Counted from the first letter of the stretch, positions 22,620 through 35,538 are shown. The stretch: 64,000 nt of DNA from Cyanidioschyzon merolae (GCA_000091205.1 AP006489.2), one strand, 5' to 3'. The notes: a model not told the origin generated them from the letters alone. Program-made: numbers and translations.

Positions 22620-22870
22620 AAAGCGATATTGTGTAACCACCGCAAGGAAGCCGCCCTTGTTAAACGCAATGCGATGCTGAATACGACTGTCGATTTCGCG
22701 ATCAAGCCAATATTGTGTAACCACCGCTAGGAAGCCGACCCTGTTAAAAGCGATACCACACAGAATATGACTGTCGATTTCGCGATCAGGCCAATATTGT
22801 GTAACCACCGCAAGGAAGCCGACCCTGTTAAAAGCGATACCACACAGAATACGACTGTCGATTTCGCGAT
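22620..22870. repeat. 84-bp tandem repeat, 3 copies
   Basis: The unit 'atattgtgtaaccaccgcaaggaagccgaccctgttaaaagcgataccacacagaatacgactgtcgatttcgcgatcaggcca' starts at about 22626, 22710 and 22794. It produces the internally repetitive 22491..22997(-) ORF. Confidence 0.85.
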
Positions 22871-23365
22871 CATGCCATTCGTAGTGCCATGCTCGGACTC
22901 TAGTGTGTAGCACTGTACTGCGCAAGGATCGGGGTGATCTCTTCCATATATCTACACATGACATCGTATGAAGCTGGTGCTTGTTCCGACGCACCACATC
23001 TACATGGATATATAAACAAGGACGGCGTCATGTTTTCCGAGGTCGAGTGCGCTCGGTGAAAGAGGAGAGCATGTTCCCTTCAGGTTCCACACTGATTGAC
23101 ATCTGTGTCTCCCACATGCATACGCCAGTATTTGAAAATCTAGAGAGCGCACCAGTATCGTGCCAGGATGGTGTGTGCCTCTGAAACGGCGAAAGCCGCG
23201 CAGTGCCATGCAGCTGGCAGTACCATCTGGACACTGCGGACACAGGTGGCCGCGCACCGTCTTTTCCCGAGAGCGCATCCCATGATGCGCCACGGACGCG
23301 GGAAATCGCAGGTCGTGTCACGGAAACAGCAGATTCCGTGACGCCGGCGATGAACAGCGCATGCG

Positions 23366-26300
23366 CGCATCACGTATCTAGGCCGCAGCGCGCGACGTGG
23401 TGCGCGGCAGATGTGTATGTATGTGTCATTATTTCCCTGAAGCAGGACGCTGCACCCGCGATGCGCTTCTAACGACGCATCTGATTTTATTGAGACGATG
23501 CGGTAAACACGATATCGGTTAGCACTCGTGTGCCTGCACCGGACCTCTTGGACGGTGAGAATCTCGGGAACTGGTTATCCCGAAGAAATCGAAGCCAGCC
23601 GCGTCGACGAAGCGTTGCCGGAGGAGCTCGGGCGACATAGTCGTATTCGTCCTGTCACCGAAAATCACACGTATAACAGCTTGATAATCTAGAGCACGAC
23701 ACTGATTGGGTGTGTCGATGTGGCGTAAACGGTTGCTCAGCTCAGGCACGTCGGGCCGATACTGCCGACCAAGACACCTGAGCGATCTGGTGTCCCGCGC
23801 AAGCTGGTGCCGGACGCACGCAACATTCGGAGAGAGTCGGCAGTTCCCTTTCGGTGCTGAGTTTGCGTCTGCGACCACTCGATTAGTATACGAAACGCAC
23901 ACCTGCCGTTTACAACCATTGTAGAGCTTGCCGTTCCGGACTTGTGCCCGAACCTTCATGTTTCCTGATGGCGCACTATCTATGCTGTAGTTCGCCTGCA
24001 TTCAAAGAATTCAGCTTTCCATGGAGCCTCCTTTGCGTTTTCAGTATGCGCAAATGCTCCCTGTGTTCTGAATGTACACGATGATGCCAATCTCGTCCGT
24101 GCTCTCGCCGTTGATAGACCAGCGGTTGCCAACTATACGCCATGCAATAGTTCCCACGAAGCAGTCTGCATTTATCTCCGCCACTGCTGCATCATCGACT
24201 TGGTAGAGATATCCATCGGAGTTGGCCTGAAACGGTTCATCGGTAACAGTAACATCATTGATAATGCAGCATTCACCGAAGCATAACGTGTTTCCCTCGA
24301 AGTAATCACCGTTAACCATGCGAACCGTGATGTACGACGGGCAAGATTCGCTGTTGACACTGTAGTCATTTTCGAGGTCACTGGTGTACCACTGAGCTTC
24401 ATAGAGACCGTCCTCGCAACTGGAATAGAAATACGAGCCACTATCGCACAGGTTACTTGGGCTGCAGGAGGAACAGTCCGTTTGAATACTGTTCTCTATC
24501 GTGCCGGTATCTGTATAGCACTCATAATAACAAGTCTGCCCCGAAACGGGTTCCTGCATAAAAGACAAGACAAACACGAGCGTCAAAAACACGAAAAGAG
24601 CACGCTTGCAAGACATAAGGTTGGCGCTTTCGAGCAGAGTCTATAGCTTTTACTTCAACAACAAGCGACGCAGTTACGTACTATGTGACTGTCACGCTGC
24701 GCGACACGCACACCGAGATGCAGCCGTGTCACGCTGCGCGACACGCACACCGAGATGCAGCCGCGTCACGCCACCTGTGCATGGTGCACACGGATGCGCT
24801 CACAACGCCCCCAACGGATAGGAGATCTCCCAACGACGTGCGTTGTATGAGAGCCGCCGCCGCCGCCGCCGAGCTTCACACGAGCGCATGACGTATCTGC
24901 GCGTCGTGTTCGCGCTTTGCGTATCTGGGCGCTGTCGTTGCGCTCGCGAGCGGCGGCGTCGTTTACTGGCGGGCAGCGCTGGTGTATTCGCGGTACGCGG
25001 TGCTGTATGTTGTACGCGAGCGCTGAGGAATCGGAAAGGTGGTATAAGTGTACCGAGTGGTCTGGGTGGCCATTGGGCACGCTCAGGGCGTCGTTGTTGA
25101 CAGCAGGGATCCTGTTTCGCTGCTCGGTAGAGCTAAGAACGACTCAAACAGAAGGAGTTCGCATAGCGACCGAGGGCGGAAACGGCAAACTTTGAACCTA
25201 TTCTAGCTGCTATCGATAGCAGGCTTTGCGGACTTTCTCGGAGACTGTTTCCTTTTCCGCTCTTTTTTTTCTGCAAGTTTGACTGGGCTTGTTTCTCGTG
25301 TCTATCTTGCACTGTTGCTGTGAGCTGTTGAAGGATGTACACAACAGCGGTATAGCTCCGACCTCGCTGCCTCTGGTTGCTTTTCACGCTTCTCATATGC
25401 AGTATTTCGTTGCAACCTACGCTCCTGTTGCCTTTTTCATGAACTTTGGTGGCAGGAACGATGCGCCTTTTGCAGCGGTGTCACCTGGCAATGCTCGGAT
25501 GTTGCAGCAGGTCTGGTGCACCTGCTGCAGCGCGGGCTCGCCCTGCAGCCCACGAAGGCTTGTCGCACCGCTCGGTACATGCCCGTGCGGGCCAGGGAAG
25601 GGTCGCGCGATGGTCTCCCCAGTTTCCACACCGGGTGCCGTATCCTACGTTCACGGGCTACTGCATGGCGACTGTATTGGCAAGTAGGCCGTCGGCCGGA
25701 GAATCAAGCGGAGGCTGTTCCATTCTGTCGAAGATTTGCGGGACGAAACTTCGTCTATGGTGAAACCAGCACCGGGAAGGAACCCCAGGCTGAAGCACAA
25801 ATCGAGATATTTCGATCCGTATGCGCTCGCCTGGGGCAGTTCGGTGGAGCGTTTCCACAGGGAGCTGTGGTAGCCACGAGACGAACTCGTATCCAAGATC
25901 TTTTTTTTACGCGCAAACAGAAGAGACCCGAGTCTCCGGGAGCATATCCGTGCGAAATATGATGATGCTACTGTTGCGTGCCGTTTTGCAAACCGCCACA
26001 GAGAGACGCACACCTTTCGAACAGATAGAATTACTAGCCGTGACAGGTTCAATGAACTTTTATGTTTGAGCTTGTGGAGAAATCGAGAAAGGACGGCGCC
26101 CAGTTTATCCATGGTCATTGCAACAGAAGGCATTGTTGCGCCTTCGCAATACCTTGGCCCAGGGAGTTTGGAAACATGAACCATGCGTGATATGCGCACG
26201 CTGCTTCGGAGGAAAGGAGACAAGCCGAGGCTCCTGCGTATCCACTGGACCATGAAATAGAGTCTTTTGAAAGGCCTCGTATAAGAGCATCCCGAATCAT

Positions 26301-26611
26301 GAAGAATCCGATGGTGTACCAAATTCTAGCGGCAAGGCGTTGAATAAACCACTTCGAACATTCGACCCAGAATCCTAAAACTACGAATACGTCGGAACGT
26401 TCGTACTGGCGCACTTTGAGTCTCAAGTCTGCGGGTCAAAAAACAGTCCGAGAACCTCGAAGACCAGGAACAAAAGCGCGCAGTTATGTGGTTCTTTTCA
26501 GTCTGCCATGAGTCGAGGGCGAGCGACTGAGCGCGAACGCTCAAGGCAGTACCGCCCCAAAGTCGTATTCTTCCTCGCTATACGCGGAATCTCTGGGGCG
26601 TAGTGAGCCGA
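23366..26611. repeat. Copy A of a ~3.2 kb direct segmental duplication (copy B at 30849-34077)
   Basis: Offsets between paired ORFs are constant at 7482 bp, then 7475 bp: 23519..24001 vs 31001..31483 (160 aa, 3 differences); 25289..25687 vs 32764..33162; 25651..26322 vs 33126..33797 (223 aa, identical). The junctions can be read directly ('gcgcatcacgtatctaggccgcagcgcgcg...' at both starts; divergence after '...tctggggcgt' at both ends). Confidence 0.9.
24041..24616 (-). CDS. Secreted cysteine-rich protein (signal peptide plus about 162-aa mature region with 10 Cys), paralog A
   Basis: 191 aa. The N-terminal MSCKRALFVFLTLVFVLSFMQEPVSG is a clear signal peptide. Cys spacing is conserved with the paralog at 31523..32095. 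No known domain was recognised. Confidence 0.6.
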   Translation of the reverse strand: MSCKRALFVFLTLVFVLSFMQEPVSGQTCYYECYTDTGTIENSIQTDCSSCSPSNLCDSGSYFYSSCEDGLYEAQWYTSDLENDYSVNSESCPSYITVRMVNGDYFEGNTLCFGECCIINDVTVTDEPFQANSDGYLYQVDDAAVAEINADCFVGTIAWRIVGNRWSINGESTDEIGIIVYIQNTGSICAY

Positions 26612-29600
26612 AAAAATACAGAAAAAACAAAACAAACTAGTTGCAAAATATTGATTAAAGAACACCTATCTTATGGACCTACACACCACGGCCGCCTAAG
26701 AGGTTCCAATTTTCCTGGAGAAGCTCTGAAAGTGGGTTAACACGGGGTGCTTGGACGACGGCGATAGAAGACCACGACAGGAACCTTGACCGCAACGAAC
26801 GGAGAGGCGGAGGCAGTAGCATCACAAAGTATTGACGAAAATGCTGAGCAGACATTCGCACCTCCCGAAACAACGCTGCAGGTGCGGGCACATATTCTGG
26901 ATCCATCCTCGAACTCGGACTCAGGATTACCTCCTACCATGGGTACCTACCTCGACTTTGGAAACAGTCTCGGCGGATACTTTGGAAGACGGCTGGCGGC
27001 ATGTTCACGGTCGAAACTGGAGTAAGCGACTTGCCCGCGTATGTGTTTGGGGAGCGGATACGTAGCTGCTGAAAGGGTGTTTTGCAGACTGTTCCCAATG
27101 GTTGCGGGTAGCTTCACGCGTCCGGCAAGATAAAGTTTGCATTCGAATCGACCAAGACTAATGTACTTCTGTTGCTAACTTCGCGCTGTGCCAAGCACTC
27201 AATGGACGACTGGAATGCAGGAAGCGCTGGTGGCGTGTGCGTTCACACACCCCGTGGAGCGTGCGTCTAAATCGACGACGTATCTCTGGAGCACCGCAGC
27301 GCCATTCCTATTTCCTTATGCGCTATGACTCGATAGGTTTCGCATCATGGAATATTTGTGAGATAGCCCCGATACTAGACGACGAGAAGTCGAATTACCA
27401 GTACAGTAATGAGGAACTGATACAAATCGAGGACTCTACCTTAGCGATAGAGACCCAACGAGATACGGAGAAGGAGGTACAGAGCCATCATGATCCAACC
27501 AGAAGCAAAATAACCAGAGAAAGTAGCTCAGGACAGAGCCCGAAGAAGAAGACCAGCAAGAGAAAACAAGAGAATAGAAAGAAGAACTCCGAAACGAGCC
27601 CATCACAAGTCATCCCCGGAAAGAACACCCCAGCCGGAACTCAAGAAAGCTGTCAAAAAACTCAGTCACCTACTCACAACGCGGTAGATCCGAAAAGCCG
27701 TGCATGCAAATCATTAGACCAACCGGGACGGCTGGCACCAGAACGTAAAAGTTGCAATCCGCAGTACCTGAAACGACGTACCAATACCCAGATTGATGAA
27801 TGCCACCGACTCTATCAGATCGTCAACCGCACCGCCTTACGCGCCAACGCCGGAGACAAGGAAGCGAAGGCAGTCCTAACGGCGCTACAGGCGCAACGTG
27901 AAGAAGCTATCAAAAGAAAGAAGAAACTTTCCAGAGAAGACAAACGAGAGGATCGAAGCCGCAAAATCGCCTCCCTGGCGAAATCTATGCTGGAGAGCAC
28001 CACCGAAGATGAGACTTGGCGCTCCATTCGATCGAGACTGGAGCCACCAAAAAAGTGCTTGGGGCTCACACCAATCGTTGATAAGGAAGAGCTGAGGACG
28101 GAGGGTGCCTCAGTGAATGAGGCCTGGACAGACCACGGGACAGAGCTGCATGAAGACGCAACTGGGCACTGCCAAGACCCAATCTATCGGCACCAATATG
28201 CCGCAGAAGTACCGCGCATCGAACCGGTACTTGGAATGGAACGACCCAATCTTCTGGCCTGAAATCGCTGAGACACTCTTAAGCTCATGCAACCGCAAAA
28301 CACCTGGCATCGACGGTATCGCTGCCGAGTGGGTGAAACTGGCGACACCAGAAGGCGAGACAACAGGGACACCATGGATACCAGATGAACCTGACACAAG
28401 CTTAGGCAAACGCTTTCTGGAGCTCATCCAACGCATGTTTGAAGAGGCATACATCCCTGATGTATGGGGGACTGCCGAGGTCGTACCGGTCCTCAAAAAA
28501 GACTCCCACACAGACATGAACAGCTACCGGCCTATTCGCCTCATCCCGTCAATCATGAAGCTACTTTGCGCCATCCTCACGAACCGTATCCACAGCGGCC
28601 TCCAGGAGCGCAAGTTCTTCGCCCCAGAACAGGCTGGATTCCGGAGCCGCGAGGAGTGCATGAGCCATGCCCTGACCTTCATTGAAGTGGTGCAACGTCG
28701 CTTCACTAGCGACCAACAACCAACTTACGTATGCTTCATCGACTTCCAAAAGGCCTCGGACACGGTCCCGCACGAGGCTCTATTTCTGAAGATGGAACGT
28801 GCCGGAGTCTCCGAAAAGTGCTTAGCGTTCTTCCGTGCGCTCTATGTAGACTCATGGATGCGCATCCGACTGGGCGACGGCTCAAGAACCCCTTCGATAA
28901 GAATGCGCCGTGGACTGCGACAGGGCGATCCCGCATTCCCGCTCCTTTTCAACATCTTCATCAACGACCTGCTGAACAACTGCAGACAATACGTGCTTGA
29001 GGTGCCGTGGATAGACTGGGGAGATGCCCGATGAGGAGCCCTCATGTAGGAACCGCCTCGCAGGCCTTCTATTTGCGGACGATGTCGTGCTGTTGGTACC
29101 CGCCCCGGAAACGCTTGCGGGTAGCATGGAACAAGTCAGCGACTGGGCCGATCGCTGGGAGATAAGCATAGGAGCATCGAAGTGCGGCGTCATGGTCATT
29201 CATGGAGACTCGCAGAGCATTCGCAATCGCTCGTGGCGGTTGCAGAATCAGGAAATTCCGATCGTGGAAAAATATCGCTACCTGGGGGGTCTGTCGCACA
29301 TCGACGCTCGACGAAAAGGCACACGTCGACGAGATGATCGCCAAGATGCATAGACGTACAGCGATCGCACGCCCATTCTTATCCGACCCCTCTACCTGCA
29401 TAGCAATCCGTACCAGCGCACTAAGGATGTGTATCATCCAGCCTGCGACCTGGGGTGCTGAATGGTGCGGCATGAAGCACCCAAATGCCTCGCGTCTGCA
29501 GGCAGCCGCCAACAGGGCAATGCGACTCGTTGTTGTTGGGTGCTCAGTACAGAGCAGAGCAACCACCGCGCTGGCACTCGGACTTGAACTCCAAATACCC

Positions 29601-30848
29601 TCGACAGAGGCGATAGCAGCAGGCTGCCGGGCATGTATACGGGCGAAGGGCTCCACTATGCGCACCTCTTTGAGTCGGATTTTCATGCAGACCCCAACGC
29701 ACCGCAAGAACTCTTGGATGAAATCGACGCAGATTTGGCTGAAGCGCCTCTTGGGCGAAAACACGCTCCCCAATCTTTCCCCCAGGGATATAGAAGGCTC
29801 CCGCCGCCTCAAGCGAACGGTCCAAACACCAATATGGGATCGTAGACACGGAACAAGTCGCGCCGGTAACGCCGGCTTTACTCTATACCGGAACTACACC
29901 CTAGCATACACATGCAAGTACTGGCGGGAGGCGCTGGAATTCCCGGGACTTGCTCGAGGTACCCAGTGGCTCGCCAAAATGCGCGTTGGTGGCTTCTGGC
30001 TAGCAGCACCGGCTCTAAGCCGTATAGGAACACTGGAATCGCACTGGGAATCACACTGTCCCTGCTGTGGAAACGAGACCCCCGAGACGCTGACACATTT
30101 AGGCCTACAGTGGCCGCGCTGGAAACAGGAGCGCAGCGAGCTCCTTGAAGGACAGCAGCAGCTGGGCATCACCGTGATAGACGAAGGTCGGACACTCACT
30201 CTGAGTGTAGCACTGGCAATTGATGGTCCGCTAACCGAGCCTCAGCGCTCATTAGTGGCCAAAAAACTCACATGCTACCTTGTAGGTAAAAGGTCCAGCG
30301 AATCGGATGCGCATACGGGCGCAGTGCGCTTTCTGCGCCTACCTTCTGTGGTGGGTGTCAAGCACAAACCCGCATTGCCAACCAAGAACGCATTCCGTGC
30401 ATGATCACGAGGAAGAGAGGCGGCTCCCAGAATTCATCCTAACAGCCAAGTTTCTCCAGCGTGTCGTGTAGCGAAGGCAGGCCTGCATCCGCAGACTGCC
30501 CGAGCGCAAACTGACGACGAGACCCGATTCTACGTCGGGTGAACCACGCCTCGAGCCGACGCCCTCTGAGGTATAGGAAAGCTGTTCTAGCTCTATGAAC
30601 TATCTGCTCCAGCGGTTCAGGTGCCAAGGCGGATACGGAACGGCAGGCACTCGGAACACACGATAGGACATATGAGGCGACAAGAATATCCGAGATGAAA
30701 CATGGGTAATGTAATTTGAGAGTATGGTGTTGATGGACACCTCTCCTCGCACTGAAAAAAAAACACACAAAACAAGTAAGAAAAGAAAAATGCGCATAAT
30801 CGGGGAACGCTGGCCTAAGAAAACGTTTTATCAATGAAAAAAAAATGC
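26612..30848 (+). mobile_element. Degenerate non-LTR (L1-like) retrotransposon lying between the two duplication copies. It has an ORF1-like basic region, an RT broken by frameshifts, a zf-RVT zinc knuckle and a 3' A-rich tail
   Basis: RT motifs appear across three frames: KTPGIDGI and FRSREECM...QGDPAFPLLFNIFINDL in 28117..29034; the F/YxDD box 'LLFADDVVLL' in 29024..29353; and 'HCPCCGNETPETLTHLGLQCPRW' (zf-RVT, C..C...ET..H....C...W) in 29202..30404. No endonuclease domain was recognised (a 5'-truncated copy, or an upstream K/E-rich ORF). The A-rich tail (aaaaaaaaatgcgcat, 30760-30848) abuts copy B directly. Confidence 0.8.
28117..30404 (+). pseudogene. LINE reverse transcriptase ORF2 remnant (frameshifted between 28117..29034, 29024..29353 and 29202..30404)
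   Basis: See the mobile_element entry. The three overlapping ORFs in frames 0, 1 and 2 together rebuild a colinear RT plus zf-RVT. Confidence 0.75.
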
Positions 30849-33800
30849 GCATCACGTATCTAGGCCGCAGCGCGCGATGTGGTGCGCGGCAGATGTGTAT
30901 GTATGTGTCATTATTTCCCTGAAGCAGGACGCTGCACCCGCGATGCGCTTCTAACGACGCATCTGATTTTATTGAGACGATGCGGTAAACACGATATCGG
31001 TTAGCACTCGTGTGCCTGCACCGGACCTCTTGGACGGTGAGAATCTCGGGAACTGGTTATCCCGAAGAAATCGAAGCCAGCCGCGTCGACGAAGCGTTGC
31101 CGGATGAGCTCGGGCGACATAGTCGTATTCGTCCTGTCACCGAAAATCACACGTATAACAGCTTGATAATCTAGAGCACGACACTGATTGGGTGTGTCGA
31201 TGTGGCGTAAACGGTTGCTCAGCTCAGGCACGTCGGGCCGAGACTGCCGACCAAGACACCTGAGCGGTCTGGTGTCCCGCGCAAGCTGGTGCCGGACGCA
31301 CGCAACATTCGGAGAGAGTCGGCAGTTCCCTTTCGGTGCTGAGTTTGCGTCAGCGACCACTCGATTAGTATACGAAACGCACACCTGCCGTTTACAACCA
31401 TTGTAGAGCTTGCCGTTCCGGACTTGTGCCCGAACCTTCATGTTTCCTGATGGCGCACTATCTATGCTGTAGTTCGCCTGCATTCAAAGAACTCAGCTTT
31501 CCATGGAGCCTCCCTTGCGTTTTCAGTATGCGCAAATGCTTCCCGTGTGCGGAATGTACACGATGACGCCAAATGCGTCCGTGCTCTCGCCGTTGATAGA
31601 CCAGTTTCTGGCATTTGCAGCCCATGCAATAGTTCCCACGAAGCAGTCTGCATTTATCTTCGCCACACCTGCATAATCGACTTTGTACAGATGCCCATCG
31701 GATTTGGCCCGATACGGTTCATACTTAACAGCAACATCATTGGCACTGCAGCATTCGTCGAAGCATATCGTGTTGGCCTCGAGGTAATGATAGTTAACCA
31801 AGCGAAACGTAATGTAGGACGGGCAAGGAACGCTCTTGACACTGTAGTCTACATCCAGAAAACTGGTGTACCACTGAGCGTCAAAAGTGCCGTCCTTGCA
31901 ATTGGAAAAGAAGCTCAAGTCTCTGCAGAGGTGACTTGGACTGCAGGAGGAACAGTCCGTATGAATAGTTTTCTCAATCGTGCGGTTTTCTGTATAGCAC
32001 AGATAGGAACAAGTCTGCCCCGAAACGGGTTCCTGCATAAAAGACAAGACAAACACGAGCGTCAAAAACACGAAAAGAGCACGCTTGCAAGACATAAGGT
32101 TGGCGCTTTCGAGCAGAGCCTATAGCTTTTACTTCAACAACAAGCGACGCAGTTACGTACTATGTGACTGTCACGCTGCGCGACACGCACACCGAGATGC
32201 AGCCGTGTCACGCTGCGCGACACGCACACCGAGATGCAGCCGTGTCACGCCACCTGTGCATGGTGCACACGGATGCGCTCACAACGCCCCCAACGGATAG
32301 GAGATCTCCCAACGACGTGCGTTGTATGAGAGCCGCCGCCGCCGCCGAGCTTCACACGAGCGCATGACGTATCTGCGCGTCGTGTTCGCGCTTTGCGTAT
32401 CTGGGCGCTGTCGTTGCGCTCGCGAGCGGCGGCGTCGTTTACTGGCGGGCAGCGTTGCTGTATTCGCGGTACGCGGTGCTGTATGTTGTACGCGAGCGCT
32501 GAGGAATCGGAAAGGTGGTATAAGTGTACCGAGTGGTCTGGGTGGCCATTGGGCACGCTCAGGGCGTCGTTGTTGACAGCAGGGATCCTGTTTCGCTGCT
32601 CGGTAGAGCCAAGAACGACTCAAACAGAAGGAGTTCGCATAGCGACCGAGGGCGGAAACGGCAAACTTTGAACCTGTTCTCGCTGCTATCGATAGCAGGC
32701 TTTGCGGACTTTCTCGGAGACTGTTTCCTTTTCCGCTCTTTTTTTCTGCAAGTTTGACTGGGCTTGTTTCTCGTGTCTATCTTGCACTGTTGCTGTGAGC
32801 TGTTGAAGGATGTACTCAACAGCGGTATAGCTCCGACCTCGCTGCCTCTGGTTGCTTTTCACGCTTCTCATATGCAGTATTTCGTTGCAACCTACGCTCC
32901 TGTTGCCTTTTTCATGAACTTTGGTGGCAGGAACGATGCGCCTTTTGCAGCGGTGTCACCTGGCAATGCTCGGATGTTGCAGCAGGTCTGGTGCACCTGC
33001 TGCAGCGCGGGCTCGCCCTGCAGCCCACGAAGGCTTGTCGCACCGCTCGGTACATGCCCGTGCGGGCCAGGGAAGGGTCGCGCGATGGTCTCCCCAGTTT
33101 CCACACCGGGTGCCGTATCCTACGTTCACGGGCTACTGCATGGCGACTGTATTGGCAAGTAGGCCGTCGGCCGGAGAATCAAGCGGAGGCTGTTCCATTC
33201 TGTCGAAGATTTGCGGGACGAAACTTCGTCTATGGTGAAACCAGCACCGGGAAGGAACCCCAGGCTGAAGCACAAATCGAGATATTTCGATCCGTATGCG
33301 CTCGCCTGGGGCAGTTCGGTGGAGCGTTTCCACAGGGAGCTGTGGTAGCCACGAGACGAACTCGTATCCAAGATCTTTTTTTTACGCGCAAACAGAAGAG
33401 ACCCGAGTCTCCGGGAGCATATCCGTGCGAAATATGATGATGCTACTGTTGCGTGCCGTTTTGCAAACCGCCACAGAGAGACGCACACCTTTCGAACAGA
33501 TAGAATTACTAGCCGTGACAGGTTCAATGAACTTTTATGTTTGAGCTTGTGGAGAAATCGAGAAAGGACGGCGCCCAGTTTATCCATGGTCATTGCAACA
33601 GAAGGCATTGTTGCGCCTTCGCAATACCTTGGCCCAGGGAGTTTGGAAACATGAACCATGCGTGATATGCGCACGCTGCTTCGGAGGAAAGGAGACAAGC
33701 CGAGGCTCCTGCGTATCCACTGGACCATGAAATAGAGTCTTTTGAAAGGCCTCGTATAAGAGCATCCCGAATCATGAAGAATCCGATGGTGTACCAAATT

Positions 33801-34077
33801 CTAGCGGCAAGGCGTTGAATAAACCACTTCGAACATTCGACCCAGAATCCTAAAACTACGAATACGTCGGAACGTTCGTACTGGCGGACTTTTAGTCTCA
33901 AGTCTGCAGGTCAAAAAACAGTCCGAGAACCTCGAAGACCAGGAACAAAAGCGCGCAGTTATGTGGTTCTTTTCAGTCTGCCATGAGTCGAGGGCGAGCG
34001 ACTGAGCGCGCGCGCTCATAGCAGTACCCCCCAGCACCATATCCTTCCTTGCTATACGCGGCATCTTTGGGGCGTGT
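30849..34077. repeat. Copy B of the ~3.2 kb direct segmental duplication
   Basis: See copy A. Confidence 0.9.
31523..32095 (-). CDS. Secreted cysteine-rich protein, paralog B. The signal peptide is identical and the mature region is about 60% identical to paralog A
   Basis: 190 aa. The first 29 aa and the last ~30 aa match paralog A; the middle is heavily substituted with all Cys retained. Confidence 0.6.
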   Translation of the reverse strand: MSCKRALFVFLTLVFVLSFMQEPVSGQTCSYLCYTENRTIEKTIHTDCSSCSPSHLCRDLSFFSNCKDGTFDAQWYTSFLDVDYSVKSVPCPSYITFRLVNYHYLEANTICFDECCSANDVAVKYEPYRAKSDGHLYKVDYAGVAKINADCFVGTIAWAANARNWSINGESTDAFGVIVYIPHTGSICAY

Positions 34078-35417
34078 CTGCGCAAACAATCATGTAGACG
34101 AGCGCCCCGCCAGGACACTCGTTCAGGGCGCTGCCTCTACCACCGTGCACATCCTGTGCGAGTCCGACAAACGCACGCCGTCTCACTACGGAGCAAACCT
34201 AACCACCCACACACTCATTCGCTCTGGTATCCACGCACCGATTGTCGATAGCATGGTCATCGAGCGCCCCGCGAACATGCGTCAGGACGCCCGGACATCC
34301 TTGCACGGAGCCGGTAACCTTCTTGCCAGACTCGCGTCTCACCAGTGCTCGGAATCGCTCCAGAGAAACACCAGAGGCAACATAACCGTAATGTGTGCCA
34401 GATTATGCGATGAAGCTGCTGTCGATACCAGTATTCTGGCAGCGGTGATTCTTGCGCTGATTTCATACGACGGACGTGCTCCCATTGCCACGTTCGCCGT
34501 GTCATGATGTTATCAGTTACCGAGCAGGTAGTTGCGCACTCATTCAACTCAGCTAGCGTCCCGATGCCCTGCAAAACACGAGTCACGTTGCTTATCGTCT
34601 GTCGATCGAGCAAGTTGGAGACACGAGTGAGGCTCGTCCTATGCGCATGGATGCGGTATTCGAAGCAAGCTGCACCTTTTGATGTTTTACGCGATGCATC
34701 ATGGTGTGCTTTGTTCTCACGGCGACACAGGAATCAAGTTGACCAACAGGCGTTGCCATCGCAAGGCTCAGCAAGACGCAAACATATGGTCGCTCTCGCA
34801 AGTACAGCTCGCGTGCGGGTTGCTGTCTTCGTCTAGCGATACTTGTGCCGGGTAAGCGGGAGTGTGCCAGTCGTGCATGTGCAACGACAGCAAAGAAAGC
34901 GTTGAAGATCAGCGCGACACGTTGGCTGTTGATACCAACGCTCTCGCGTGCCCGTTGTTCGACGTGCACCGCCTAAGCAAGGCGTACCTTGGGCACACAC
35001 ACGTAGCTCGACACCGCGCACATTGAAGGACCAGTTTGTCGCCAGCTCGAGCCCAGTACCTAGAACGCGCTTCTTGTGCAACGTATCACAGAGCTAGTTC
35101 TCCGGCAGCGCAACGTGCTAGTAGCCAGTCACGTGCAAAATTCCCAGCTACAAAACTGGCTCCGCGCGTTGACGACAAGCTCCAAGCGCCCAGGCAGAGT
35201 CGCTTTGGCTCCCAGCTTGGCGCCCGTTGCTCCAGCACCGCACTTGACCGAACAAGGTCTTCACGCGCTACGCTCACTTCTGTGTACCGGTCACGATTGC
35301 CGCGCGTACTTGGTGACTCCAGGTACAGCGTTTCTCGTGCAACGCCCACAACTTGCGGCAAGTGAAGCTTCGTTATGAGACAGTCGCGAACGACAACCGT
35401 CAAATGATGCACCAATA

Positions 35418-35538
35418 ACAGCACAAGCAGTAGCACAAGCAGCAGCACAAGCAGCAGCACAAGCAGCAGCACAAGCAGCAGCACAAGCAGCAGCACGAGC
35501 AGCAGCACAAGCAGCAGCACAAGCAGCAGCACAAGCAG
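35418..35538. repeat. (CAGCAGCACAAG)n 12-bp microsatellite, about 10 copies, just upstream of the TRAF-ZnF gene
   Basis: Read directly: cagcacaagcagcagcacaagcag... It produces spurious poly-Leu and poly-Cys ORFs on the minus strand. Confidence 0.9.

Noticed and set aside
22491-22997. 168-aa minus-strand ORF with repeated 'AFNRVGFLAVVTQYW.DREIDS.I' blocks
   Set aside because: It is generated by the 84-bp x3 tandem repeat. No domain is recognisable and both strands are open.
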